A DNA stretch of 64,000 nucleotides, taken from Escherichia phage vB_EcoM_ASO2A. Both the position numbers and the translations under genes were made by a program. The notes beneath the pieces are model-generated. The model searched no databases and was not told where the DNA came from. It saw nothing but the letters and a program-made list of their open reading frames with translations. The stretch is from sequence record MZ726793.1; one strand, written 5' to 3'. Shown piece by piece: positions 46,404-55,980 of the stretch (positions within the stretch are counted from its first letter, which is position 1; each line of letters begins with the position of its first letter).

Positions 46404-47012
46404 TTAGTTTTTAAAATTGTTCAAAGTGTTAAAAACATCCAAACATGTTAGCCACTGATCTTCTAAACCTGTGATCACAACATTTGGTTTTTTCTTTAGT
46501 TCTTCTAGATGGTTATCTTTATAAGGCGTATTAAAATATATTTTAACCACTTCATCTGGAAAATATAGTAGGTTATCAGCCCTGTCATCTATTGCTATAT
46601 CACAAGGCAATAAGTATTTTTCTTTCGTAGCAAAAAAGCCGTTACCAGATCCTTTGCTAAAATCAATCGTATCTAACGTTCTTAAAACATGCTTATGTTT
46701 AGAACTTAAGTGACCACCTTTTGTCACACTTGCGATCAAAAGATTGCTACCTTTCCTTGAAACATACTTTAAGAAATCTGGCATACCTGGAACAAAACCC
46801 ATTGTATCATAGAGATGAGGATTATCCAGAAATCCGTAAGGATCTATATTGAACTCCTCCCTGAAACCAGGAAAGTAGTTGGTAAGATCATAGTCTGCAT
46901 TTTTTGTGAATGTGTCTATCTTAACACCAAGTCCACTAATCTTATTCAACCATTCTAACCAAGCAACATCTAATGGAGCCACAACTAAATCCCAATCACA
47001 TACTATCTGCAT
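46404..47012 (-). CDS. HAD-family 5'(3')-deoxyribonucleotidase-like protein
   Basis: 202 aa; N-terminal DWD (HAD motif I); nucleotide-metabolism neighbourhood. Confidence 0.5.
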   Translation of the reverse strand: MQIVCDWDLVVAPLDVAWLEWLNKISGLGVKIDTFTKNADYDLTNYFPGFREEFNIDPYGFLDNPHLYDTMGFVPGMPDFLKYVSRKGSNLLIASVTKGGHLSSKHKHVLRTLDTIDFSKGSGNGFFATKEKYLLPCDIAIDDRADNLLYFPDEVVKIYFNTPYKDNHLEELKKKPNVVITGLEDQWLTCLDVFNTLNNFKN

Positions 47013-47048
47013 AAAACCTCCTCTCTCTTTTAGTATAGTTATCTTATA

Positions 47049-47624
47049 CTAACTTTCAATTTCCTGCAATAGGATTTTGACTATTTGTTTGCGGCGTTTC
47101 GCTACTGTGCTTTCAGGTTCTATTTTACGCTTCTTCAACCAAGCTTTATCTTTCTTAGCTCTACACAAAGCTATTGCTTCTTTTTCAGCTTTCGCTTCTT
47201 CAAAAGATATACCTTGTTTATCTGCATAAGCAAGAATAGAGTTGCACAATTTACAAACCATTCGCAAATCTTCTTCTTTCACATAGATCAAACGGAAAAC
47301 AAAAAGGGGAATATCCTCAAAACATTGAAGTTGTTTTGCTGCGTGAATATGATCCACTTGGAAGTCTTTCATTCCTCCTCTGTGTCCACATATTTCGCAC
47401 TCACAATTCCAAACTTGTTTTGGTTTTCCAGTTTTCTTGTCTATCATCACATTGCCGTCTTTATCTACACGATCAACTTTAAAACGCCTTGCATTGATAA
47501 CCTTAATTTTATTAGGGTGTCTCATCCATGCTTTTCTAAAACATCCCCTAAGATAAGTATAAAATTCAGCTTGTGTTTTCCAGGGTGTTCCTTCACCCCA
47601 CATTATTTTTGGTTCACCTGCCAA
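47049..47624 (-). CDS. HNH / endonuclease VII-like nuclease
   Basis: 191 aa; CECEICGHRG...DFQVDHIHA zinc-binding HNH-like core. Confidence 0.55.
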   Translation of the reverse strand: MAGEPKIMWGEGTPWKTQAEFYTYLRGCFRKAWMRHPNKIKVINARRFKVDRVDKDGNVMIDKKTGKPKQVWNCECEICGHRGGMKDFQVDHIHAAKQLQCFEDIPLFVFRLIYVKEEDLRMVCKLCNSILAYADKQGISFEEAKAEKEAIALCRAKKDKAWLKKRKIEPESTVAKRRKQIVKILLQEIES

Positions 47625-47667
47625 TATTGCTCACCTTTTTAGCTGTATATTCCCCTGGTGGGATATT

Positions 47668-47703
47668 GTGTTTAAAAAACAAAAGGCGGTCTAACCCCGC
47701 CTT
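47668..47703 (-). terminator. Rho-independent terminator
   Basis: On minus strand AAGGCGG-GGUUAGA-CCGCCUU followed by a U-run. Confidence 0.5.
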
Positions 47704-47791
47704 GCACATTGTTTCTGGAATAGTCAAAGTTAGTAAAAGTTTATCACCTTTTCGGTTGAATATTTTATAAACTTCTCCTGCTCCATATTGT

Positions 47792-48193
47792 TTAGTATTG
47801 CTCGCCACTAATACGTTCCTTAAGTTGTTTAATAGCTTCGATTGCATCTAAATAAGAAGAGTTATACATGTGTTTCAGTGCTACTCGTACTAAAGGATCT
47901 TTTGTGAAGAAATCAATAAGAAGCATAGCTTGATCATGTTTAGCTGCATTTGTCATAGATGGATAATTTTCACGAACCATATACGTGCTATTTTGCATAA
48001 GGGTTCTTTCTAGTTCAATACAATGAATAGCTTTATCTAGGTTAATCTGACGTTCACCTTTAATACGTGTTGCGTATTTTGCCAATTTGCAAAAACAAGG
48101 TGTGCCACCAACCAAATAAGCTAGTTCAATAGGTTGCATTGCCATTTTTGTGTAGTGATCACCGTCAACCTGATTATCAAAAGCATTAGACAT
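47792..48193 (-). CDS. DUF3310-like protein
   Basis: 133 aa; GDHY...IE motif near the N-terminus, as in the phage DUF3310 family. Confidence 0.45.
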   Translation of the reverse strand: MSNAFDNQVDGDHYTKMAMQPIELAYLVGGTPCFCKLAKYATRIKGERQINLDKAIHCIELERTLMQNSTYMVRENYPSMTNAAKHDQAMLLIDFFTKDPLVRVALKHMYNSSYLDAIEAIKQLKERISGEQY

Positions 48194-48413
48194 AATTTTC
48201 CTCCTGAATTCCTACTGCACCTTCTTCTGGGTAGTCTGCATAATAAGCTACCCTACCTTGATAGATAACATCACCATCATTATTGTAGATTGCTGTATCT
48301 TCTTGAATTGTTATTTCAACATCAAGTAAATCTGGGTCTTTCTCGATGGTATAGTTCAAACCTAACATTTCAAACAGTTCGAAAATTTCGTTACCTGTTA
48401 ATGTAATGCTCAT
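48186..48413 (-). CDS. hypothetical protein
   Basis: 75 aa from ATG 48413; SD AAGGAGG. Confidence 0.5.
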   Translation of the reverse strand: MSITLTGNEIFELFEMLGLNYTIEKDPDLLDVEITIQEDTAIYNNDGDVIYQGRVAYYADYPEEGAVGIQEENYV

Positions 48414-48499
48414 ATTTCCTCCTTTTATTGTGGTTAGCAGAGTATACACTAATATAAAATTTTTGTCAATAAAAAAGGGAGCAATAAGCTCCCTGATTA

Positions 48500-49459
48500 T
48501 TAGATTCCAATAATAGTTGCTGCTCGTTTATCCTTGGATCTGGTGTTTGCTCTACTACGTGACAAACCGCCGCAAGATTCACAACGAATGATATCGAAAG
48601 AACTTACCGCAGTGTGGTATTGTTTACCAGTAACAACGTGAACGTGATCACTGCCACAACGAGAACAACGGACCTTCTCATCTGGGTAATAAGCGGATAA
48701 GTTAGGATGCTGTGGAATCCACGGAAGGATTTTCATATACAAATCACGGAGTGAAACAACATCACCATCATTGTAAATCTGCATACGTTCAAAAGCATCA
48801 CGATCACCTTCACAACATGCTTTCCATAAAGGGAATCCCTCGTTATCCAGTTTTTCACTTTCTGTTTCGAAATATGCTCCCATTTCTTTAAGGGAGTTGG
48901 AAGGAAGTGCAAATTGTTTCTTAGCTGCCTTCAATGTATCAACAACTACATAATTAGAAGGAGGAGCCATATCGTGATATGCAAATCGTTGGTTAATGTA
49001 TGCACGGTCAAACTTATACCCGTTGTGTGCCACAACTACATCTGCCTCATTCAGAAGGTTCCAAAGATCTTGGCAAAGCTCCCAATCATCTGTATGATCA
49101 ATATCAAAAAGAGGATAAGAAGACAAGTTCTTACCTTCCACTTCACCAGTATACAGGTCAGCAGAAGAGTAAGATAACAAATAACCCCTACGAATTACTT
49201 GATCTGGAGAAATGAAGGCTTTGAATCGACGGAAAGTATATGCAATCTCTGGTGCAGTTTCAACATCAATAATTTTAATAACGGGTTGTTTCTTTTTAAC
49301 TGGCTCTTGTTTACTTGCTCCAAATCGTGCAAGGAAATCGTTCACTGTGCTTTTTCTTGTTGGACTACCTAAAACAATTGCTGCAATATTACGAGAAGAC
49401 ATACCCTCTGCACTCATACTAAGGATATCTGCTTTCTGCTCTTCTGTTAATCTGCTCAC
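48500..49459 (-). CDS. DnaQ-like (DEDD) 3'-5' exonuclease
   Basis: 319 aa; Exo I motif IIDVETAP, VVAHNGYKFD, C-terminal Cys cluster. Confidence 0.6.
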   Translation of the reverse strand: MSRLTEEQKADILSMSAEGMSSRNIAAIVLGSPTRKSTVNDFLARFGASKQEPVKKKQPVIKIIDVETAPEIAYTFRRFKAFISPDQVIRRGYLLSYSSADLYTGEVEGKNLSSYPLFDIDHTDDWELCQDLWNLLNEADVVVAHNGYKFDRAYINQRFAYHDMAPPSNYVVVDTLKAAKKQFALPSNSLKEMGAYFETESEKLDNEGFPLWKACCEGDRDAFERMQIYNDGDVVSLRDLYMKILPWIPQHPNLSAYYPDEKVRCSRCGSDHVHVVTGKQYHTAVSSFDIIRCESCGGLSRSRANTRSKDKRAATIIGI

Positions 49460-50574
49460 TCTGCCTCCTGTTGTGAGATGTATGACTGAAGCATACTCTC
49501 AAATGTTGTATCGTCATTATCCCAGCGTTTCATGTATACCAACTGGAAAATTGTTTCTATCCATTCATCTGTTGTCATATGGACTTCTTCTCCATCCCAA
49601 GAAGTAAAATTAACACCATCTGGGAACCATGAGTAGTAAGTATCTTTAACTGTTTGGAAAAGTTCTGCTTGAGTTTTACAAGCTGAAAGAAGATTAAAAC
49701 AAGTAATATCTCCGAACTTAATATCAAAATCTTGATAAGGTCGGATACTATCTGTTTTATCTCCCATTAGCATCTGATATGCTAACCAGTAACTGCCCCA
49801 ACCTTTAACTTCTTTCTTTTTACCTTTATCTACGATCCATATATCGCCAATAGACTCGTCAATAAGAATTATATCTGGATTTTTAAATACTCCATCCTCT
49901 TTGTAGAAATTAAAAAGGATACTAGGAGTATGTAAACTATCTTTATCTATAGATACTACGATATAAGAAAATTTACCCGTCCTTTTATAATCTTTATAAC
50001 CTTGGAAACCATACTTCTCTAACTCATCATCAGCTTCTATTACAGTAACAACATCACCATTGTGGAACTCCACAAGATAATCTTTGGTTTCTGAAAGCTG
50101 AAGTGGTTTGATATCTAATCGTTCAGATTTATATTCTACAGGCATTTTGAAGGCGTGTCTGAAAGTTTTTCCTACGCCAATAACTCCGCAATATTTTTCT
50201 AAACGTAGATGTTTTAGAATACCTAAGACTTTTGTTTTAGCTGCTTGGAAGGTGTGTCCGATATCTTCTGGCGGGTATTGCTTATCAATGATTTCGAACT
50301 CTTCCTTTGTGAAGGGACGTTTGTTTTTGGAGGATCTTTCTGCATTTGTATCTCCTAGCCAACCTCCAATTTTAGTCTTGCTTTTACCCCAAAACTCTGT
50401 CTTATTTTTAAATTCCTTTTGAGCACCTGAAGGGATGTGCTTCGCAATGATTGTTCTTTTCTCTAATGCAGACGCTGCTTGGAAAGCGATCTGATCATAA
50501 TCAATTGCAGCTATTGTTTCTTCATTGACATATAAATGAAGATCTTCAGGTTTAATTAAAATATAACCGCTAAT
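49456..50574 (-). CDS. FEN / RNase H-like 5'-3' exonuclease (start codon uncertain)
   Basis: Frame open from 50586 to 49456; IDYDQIA and GDKTDSI resemble T4 RNase H; no in-frame ATG/GTG/TTG before 50145; ATT at 50574 follows AGGGGG. Confidence 0.5.
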   Translation of the reverse strand: MSGYILIKPEDLHLYVNEETIAAIDYDQIAFQAASALEKRTIIAKHIPSGAQKEFKNKTEFWGKSKTKIGGWLGDTNAERSSKNKRPFTKEEFEIIDKQYPPEDIGHTFQAAKTKVLGILKHLRLEKYCGVIGVGKTFRHAFKMPVEYKSERLDIKPLQLSETKDYLVEFHNGDVVTVIEADDELEKYGFQGYKDYKRTGKFSYIVVSIDKDSLHTPSILFNFYKEDGVFKNPDIILIDESIGDIWIVDKGKKKEVKGWGSYWLAYQMLMGDKTDSIRPYQDFDIKFGDITCFNLLSACKTQAELFQTVKDTYYSWFPDGVNFTSWDGEEVHMTTDEWIETIFQLVYMKRWDNDDTTFESMLQSYISQQEAE

Positions 50575-50586
50575 ATTTCCCCCTAG

Positions 50587-50796
50587 TTATTCATCGTCAT
50601 CCTCTGTTGAGAATGTTTTAGTATACGGACATTGACGACTTTTCGGGATTGCTATAACTTCATCTTGGTTAGCGTTAGAATAGTAGCAATATTTTGTATT
50701 GCCATTAACTTCAGAATCAGACAAGATTAAAGTAATTTGACCTGCTGCTACTGTGAAACTAAAAGCTAAAAGAACGACTGTCAGAATCTTTTTCAT
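50587..50796 (-). CDS. small secreted protein with signal peptide
   Basis: 69 aa; MKKILTVVLLAFSFTVAAG signal-like N-terminus; SD AGGAGG. Confidence 0.55.
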   Translation of the reverse strand: MKKILTVVLLAFSFTVAAGQITLILSDSEVNGNTKYCYYSNANQDEVIAIPKSRQCPYTKTFSTEDDDE

Positions 50797-50802
50797 AACG
50801 CC

Positions 50803-50835
50803 TCCTAAAAAGCCTACCTCATTAAGTAGGTAGGC
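50803..50835 (-). terminator. Rho-independent terminator (partial)
   Basis: On minus strand GCCUACC hairpin followed by UUUUU, just upstream of the next SD. Confidence 0.45.
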
Positions 50836-50868
50836 ATAATATCATAACTAATCCCGCAAGTCAAGAAC

Positions 50869-51747
50869 TTATTTAAGGATTGTTGCTTTGGTTAAATCTT
50901 CCATCAGACCTCGAATCTCATTGAAGCACAGAAGGACTGAAGCTTCAATACTGCCTTCTTCGTCTGCAAAATATTTCGGAAAACGTAGTTTAGAAAGTTT
51001 AAACTCTTTATCCACTACGAAATCTACAACACCGTCATATTCAAGACCGATTGCAACAACATCTTTACCATCTTCTTTTAGTTCGACAGCTTTAGACTCG
51101 TATAGGGATTCTTTACTCCAAACAACAACGCCCTCGCTATCCTCCATTTTGATATAATTTCCGAGAGTAATACGATCTGCTTCGTGATTCTCCAGCAATT
51201 CACCAAAACCTTTTACAATAGCTTCTTCATGCACACTAAAACCTACCGAAGGGAAAGTCCCCAGAACGGAACGGAGGAAAGAAGTAATCTCTTCTGCAAC
51301 CTTTTTACTTCCATTAAGAACATAAAGAAGATTCGTAGTTTTATCCAAGACAACATAGTTAAAGAAATCTTCAGGTTCTGTTTCAGGCAATAGTGCAAAT
51401 TCAATATCTTCCTTCATTGCTTTTACTACTTCTTTATCGACATAAAACTCTTTACCTTCGCTCTCCATGTCCTGACGCATTTCTTCTAGACGTTCATTCA
51501 GAATACGTTTAACTTTCTTTTTATCTACCTTCTTCACAGATTGACCTACATTAAGCAGTTCAAGATCTGAAAACTCTTTTACAAATTTAGAGTCATCTTC
51601 GAAACGAACAAGACCGATAGTGTGTGACTGGGAGCCTTCTGCTGTTACAAATTCCAGAGGAATATCTGTAATGTTGTTAAGGGATGCTACAGAAGCATTG
51701 TCACCAACAACCATAGGCAGAGCGGATTTAAAAGATTTTACAAACAT
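50869..51747 (-). CDS. RdgC-like recombination-associated protein
   Basis: 292 aa; central LLP...VVLD...NLLYVLNGSKKVAEEI...FLRSVLGTFP aligns with the E. coli RdgC core. Confidence 0.5.
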   Translation of the reverse strand: MFVKSFKSALPMVVGDNASVASLNNITDIPLEFVTAEGSQSHTIGLVRFEDDSKFVKEFSDLELLNVGQSVKKVDKKKVKRILNERLEEMRQDMESEGKEFYVDKEVVKAMKEDIEFALLPETEPEDFFNYVVLDKTTNLLYVLNGSKKVAEEITSFLRSVLGTFPSVGFSVHEEAIVKGFGELLENHEADRITLGNYIKMEDSEGVVVWSKESLYESKAVELKEDGKDVVAIGLEYDGVVDFVVDKEFKLSKLRFPKYFADEEGSIEASVLLCFNEIRGLMEDLTKATILK

Positions 51748-51803
51748 GTTTCCTCCTATTTAATACATCTCACATTACCGCCCGTAAAGGGCGGCTTACA
51801 ACA

Positions 51804-52529
51804 TTACTTGTTAATAATACCTGCAATATTAGGTTTGACAAAGGTCGATGGTTTCATGATCTTACCTTTATCATCAAAGAACACATACACTTTCTGTTTT
51901 TCATTATAAACAGCATGAACACCAGTGTATGCCCCTTCTGGACGATTGGCATTTCGTTCTTCAATTGCAGCGCATTCTTGTGCAATGGCTGAATCGATAT
52001 CCGAAGTTTTCCAAGTTTTCAGCAACTGTTGTTTAGTTGGATACTTGGAATCATTACTTTTCAATACCTCTTTAATAACTTTCTTTTCTGGATATTTTGA
52101 ACGGATTAGAGTGTCACGAGACATACGCATAATACCAGCAGCCATTAGTGCCATTTGAACTGGCTCTGTAAATGTTTGTTCCAAAGCATCAAAATCAGTA
52201 TACACAGTTGGAGTAAAAACATCGCCTACAGCATAGTCCAAGAAATTCATCGTATGTTCTTCACCAAAGAACATGTAAGTCAGATAACTGGATACTACAA
52301 AAATATCCGCTGCTGCATCCAAGAGTTCTACATGATCGTTTACTTTCGCGGCTGTTTCATACTCTTTAAGCTCTTCACGAACGAACCCGATTTGGGACAT
52401 AAATAACTCTTGAGTGAATTCAGGTTGTTCACCACCTCGTGCTTTGGCATTCCAATCAATTACGTGCTTTGCTGCATTTTTGAAAAATTCAGTATCGAAT
52501 TTAATATCTTTAAAAAAATTCTCGATCAT
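51804..52529 (-). CDS. hypothetical protein
   Basis: 241-aa ORF. Confidence 0.5.
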   Translation of the reverse strand: MIENFFKDIKFDTEFFKNAAKHVIDWNAKARGGEQPEFTQELFMSQIGFVREELKEYETAAKVNDHVELLDAAADIFVVSSYLTYMFFGEEHTMNFLDYAVGDVFTPTVYTDFDALEQTFTEPVQMALMAAGIMRMSRDTLIRSKYPEKKVIKEVLKSNDSKYPTKQQLLKTWKTSDIDSAIAQECAAIEERNANRPEGAYTGVHAVYNEKQKVYVFFDDKGKIMKPSTFVKPNIAGIINK

Positions 52530-52538
52530 TATAACTCC

Positions 52539-52721
52539 TTATTTAAAATAGCTTTCTAGAAAGTTGCTAATATTTACTACAGACTCACCCATGTAAATCC
52601 CTGCGAAACCGAAAACAAGCATACGTGGAATATTGAAATACCATTTATCTGCCGGAAAAGATGCCAGAATTACAATAGCAATTGCTATCAACATCATAAG
52701 AATTGTTGCTAAAATTATCAT
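52539..52721 (-). CDS. small membrane protein
   Basis: 60 aa; two hydrophobic segments. Confidence 0.45.
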   Translation of the reverse strand: MIILATILMMLIAIAIVILASFPADKWYFNIPRMLVFGFAGIYMGESVVNISNFLESYFK

Positions 52722-52774
52722 AAAAATGCCTCCAGGTATTTTTCACAATGATAAGCTAAGAACATTTTTCCTCC

Positions 52775-53902
52775 TTATTCTGCTGGTTCCCAAGTGCCTG
52801 GGATCATTTCTCGAATACGAACACCAACAGGTTTTGTTGGAATACCTTCATCTGAAAATTCTTCATACTCTATTTCAACGAACTGATTAATCAAGGTAGA
52901 AGCATTCTCTGCTTTACGATAATTGATAGTCTCATGAGCATCTTTACGCATTAAGAATTCGACTACTTTACCATTTTCCATCTCGCCTGTCAACACTCCA
53001 TCACCATTTTTATCACTTTTTGAATTTATTACTTTAACTTCAAGCGTATGACGAGGCTTACGTTTAATAACATCATAAGAACGTTTATCAAATTCGTAAA
53101 CTCCGTGAGCATTACGATATACTACACCTTCAGCTTTCTCAAGTAAAGCTTTTTCATAGAAAGCATCAAACTGTTCTTGGTTTTCAATATACTCTGTATG
53201 AACTACACAAATAAGCTCATCAAGACCATAATCCTCCACTACTGCCTTAAGAGCAGTAAGAACATCAACACGTTTTTCAAACGGTAGATCTGGAACTGGA
53301 ATATCGTATACGTAATAGTTCAGCAAAGGTGTATTTGCATTATGCTTCTTCCAGGCACTGTTAATTTGTTGTAGACTAAGGACACCTAACCCAGCAAACA
53401 CTTCACCATCAAGAGGATGACCAACAACTTCACTAATAAAGTTTGGAATACCTTTCCAATGAGGTGGCAGGTTATACACTTCCCCAGCTTTTGATAAACA
53501 CTCCCCTTTCATGTTAATCATAGAACGTAACCCGTTCAGTTTGTATTGTGCATAACCAGGGAACACAACCCTTTCAGGATAATCTTTATAATCCTGGCAT
53601 TTCATTGGTGTGGAAGGAACATGGTTTTCAGCTTCTTCTTTTGTTTTATAATAGCCATTCTTTAACTGTTTTGTCCATTTGGCAAAAGCTTCAAGTTCAG
53701 CTTGTTCTTCCGGTGTTGTTTCATTGGAACGACCAATGTTTTTTGCTTCTGCTGTATAAGATTTTTCTGTGATTTTTCCACCTACCCTTCCATGAGCTAC
53801 AGTAACAACTGCACCATCTGTATACACTGTCCACTGTTTAAGTTTTCCTTTTGAATCTTTACCATACAGCGTTTGATTTGTTTGTTGCATTAGTCCTCCC
53901 AT
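52775..53902 (-). CDS. ATP-dependent DNA ligase
   Basis: 375 aa; nucleotidyltransferase motifs KLNGLR, LDGEVF, EGVVYR and a downstream KxK. Confidence 0.65.
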   Translation of the reverse strand: MGGLMQQTNQTLYGKDSKGKLKQWTVYTDGAVVTVAHGRVGGKITEKSYTAEAKNIGRSNETTPEEQAELEAFAKWTKQLKNGYYKTKEEAENHVPSTPMKCQDYKDYPERVVFPGYAQYKLNGLRSMINMKGECLSKAGEVYNLPPHWKGIPNFISEVVGHPLDGEVFAGLGVLSLQQINSAWKKHNANTPLLNYYVYDIPVPDLPFEKRVDVLTALKAVVEDYGLDELICVVHTEYIENQEQFDAFYEKALLEKAEGVVYRNAHGVYEFDKRSYDVIKRKPRHTLEVKVINSKSDKNGDGVLTGEMENGKVVEFLMRKDAHETINYRKAENASTLINQFVEIEYEEFSDEGIPTKPVGVRIREMIPGTWEPAE

Positions 53903-54111
53903 TTAAAAACTGAAATTTTCAATCTGTTACACACTTCATCCAAATCTGCGTCGAGTAACGTTGTAGATGTTGCCAACATATAATCAATGCTTGTGAAACC
54001 TTGCCCTTTGGCATAGTCAAACATATCTTCATACATATCTTCAAGATCACCGTCATCAAAAGTAGCTAGAAAATCCTCGTCCCCACTACGAACATAAAAT
54101 GCAGTACTCAT
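53890..54111 (-). CDS. hypothetical protein
   Basis: 73-aa ORF. Confidence 0.5.
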   Translation of the reverse strand: MSTAFYVRSGDEDFLATFDDGDLEDMYEDMFDYAKGQGFTSIDYMLATSTTLLDADLDEVCNRLKISVFKWED

Positions 54112-54296
54112 TCATCTTCATCCCAAGATTCAAAAACGCAGCAATCATCGGTTTCTATAATACCAACACGTCCGCAGGTATTGCAAGTGATTTTATCACC
54201 GTAGAATAAATAATTTTTATCACCCTCTGTGTTTACAGAGATTTCATGACTGCCACAAGGACAAGTCAGCCAATCAACAACGATATCTTTTTTCAT
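54108..54296 (-). CDS. zinc-ribbon protein
   Basis: 62 aa; CPCG...CNTCG. Confidence 0.5.
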   Translation of the reverse strand: MKKDIVVDWLTCPCGSHEISVNTEGDKNYLFYGDKITCNTCGRVGIIETDDCCVFESWDEDE

Positions 54297-54305
54297 AATC
54301 CCTCC

Positions 54306-54632
54306 TTAAGCGTTCAGTTCGTTGTTGAGTTCGTAAATCTCTTCTTGAAGAGCATCAATCTCTTCCTCCAAACGGGAGATCTCTTCTTTTAGATATACCA
54401 TTTCTGATTCTTTCTCTTCTAACTCATTTTCAAATTTTACTTTATTCGCCTCATTTTCATAATGGAGTTCAGCGTAATCATCGCGCATTTGTTCAATAAG
54501 ATGAATCAGAGACAAGATGTAATTATCTCCCGTTTCATCACGCCATTCTTCACCGTGGCGGAGAACGGTAATTCGTCCAGTATCTTCATCTAAAATTGTC
54601 TCATATTTACGATCATCTGTATAAATCTGCAT
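54306..54632 (-). CDS. hypothetical coiled-coil protein
   Basis: 108 aa; E/L-rich heptad-like C-terminus. Confidence 0.5.
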   Translation of the reverse strand: MQIYTDDRKYETILDEDTGRITVLRHGEEWRDETGDNYILSLIHLIEQMRDDYAELHYENEANKVKFENELEEKESEMVYLKEEISRLEEEIDALQEEIYELNNELNA

Positions 54633-54641
54633 TATTACTCC

Positions 54642-55046
54642 TTATTGAAGTTTAAGTGAACCACGAAGACGTTTCTCTTGCTGATCACGAATATATTGTG
54701 GAACCTCGTGAATTGAATCATTACCGTGCCTATTTTCAACAACTAAAGAGATAACTTGATAACCAAACTCTTCAGCAAGAGTTAGATAAGGTTTAAGTTC
54801 TTTCTCTGTGGTTGAAGTGTTAGAAACAATAATCTTGTTAAGATTAGATGCCATAGCATCACGAACAATACTCTGACACCATGCGTGTGCTTTACCTACG
54901 TTTTCTGGCTTCCAATCGTAAACACCACTTTCTGTGTAATGATATTGATCTGCCTCACAGATAGGCCAATAACCTTCAGAAATAATTTCTGCTACTGTAG
55001 ATTTACCAGCACCTGAAACGCCACGTAAAATGATAAGTTGTTTCAT
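54642..55046 (-). CDS. P-loop polynucleotide kinase-like protein
   Basis: 134 aa; Walker A GVSGAGKST; directly downstream of the RNA ligase. Confidence 0.55.
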   Translation of the reverse strand: MKQLIILRGVSGAGKSTVAEIISEGYWPICEADQYHYTESGVYDWKPENVGKAHAWCQSIVRDAMASNLNKIIVSNTSTTEKELKPYLTLAEEFGYQVISLVVENRHGNDSIHEVPQYIRDQQEKRLRGSLKLQ

Positions 55047-55979
55047 TTATCCTCCAAAGAAGTTTTCGATTTTTTCACGTCGCTCCTGCTGATTTAAAGC
55101 AGCCCATTGAGTCTTCGTAAAATTATTTCGAATCCATTCTAACAAAGCGTAATATTCTTCGTCAACAATTTGTTTGGCATTTTTTGGATTATCCCAAATC
55201 AGATCCCACTTTTTATCTCCACCACGCATAAGAAACTTCTTAGTAAGATAGTGTGGTGATTTAATTTTTAAAAGTAAGTTGAACGGATAGTTTGTTTCAC
55301 GAACTACAAATCCTTCGTGTTTACAATGTTTAGACATTTCAACAACATCTGAAAACTTAACCATTGGATGAACTTCAGGACGCTTAAATTTGGTGACAGA
55401 AGCAATTCCATCAAGAGCACCTTCAGGTAACATAAAACTTGTCCCATCAGGATTTTGAATTCTGGCACCAATTAAGTATGCACCTGGTTCTTCTTCGACA
55501 ATATGCGGATCAGAAGGATCACAGATTTCAAAAAGGAAAGTTGCTTTTGCACTCTCTATCCATTTGATGAAATGTTCTATGTCATCACACTCTGAAATAA
55601 TATGATTCTTTGCAATACTTGCAAAATCTGATTCAAGGCTTCCTGTTGTCGATACAATAAGTTGACCTTTATATACACCTACAGAGGCCATAAAACCATT
55701 TACTTTACGAACCACATCTACAAATTCATCCGCTGGTAGATCTGTGCCATTCTCAAAACGATTAAAAATCTTAGTGAAAGGCCAAATAACAACATTGTCA
55801 TCATCGTCAACAACGATTCCGCGACATTCTAGAAGACGAGAATCAATGTTCCACAGGTTATCCCAGAAAACTTTGTTCTTATACTTAAGAACAGATAGAC
55901 CAGAATACTCTCCTTCTTTATATGTTTTCTTATGAACTAAACCTTTTTCAACCAAATCGTCGCAATTAAATTTAGCCAC
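55047..55979 (-). CDS. RNA ligase (T4 Rnl1-like)
   Basis: 310 aa; LECRGIVV, KIFN and KVNGF...STTGS align with T4 RnlA ALECRGIMF, KFFN and KEDGSL...SKGS. Confidence 0.65.
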   Translation of the reverse strand: MAKFNCDDLVEKGLVHKKTYKEGEYSGLSVLKYKNKVFWDNLWNIDSRLLECRGIVVDDDDNVVIWPFTKIFNRFENGTDLPADEFVDVVRKVNGFMASVGVYKGQLIVSTTGSLESDFASIAKNHIISECDDIEHFIKWIESAKATFLFEICDPSDPHIVEEEPGAYLIGARIQNPDGTSFMLPEGALDGIASVTKFKRPEVHPMVKFSDVVEMSKHCKHEGFVVRETNYPFNLLLKIKSPHYLTKKFLMRGGDKKWDLIWDNPKNAKQIVDEEYYALLEWIRNNFTKTQWAALNQQERREKIENFFGG

Positions 55980-55980
55980 A

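Noticed and set aside
47614-47847. 77-aa minus-strand ORF between the HNH-like gene and the DUF3310-like gene
   Set aside because: Overlaps the upstream gene by 56 nt, has no RBS, and spans the terminator hairpin at 47668-47703.
50108-50422. 104-aa plus-strand track ORF
   Set aside because: Antisense to the open FEN-like frame that carries recognisable nuclease motifs.
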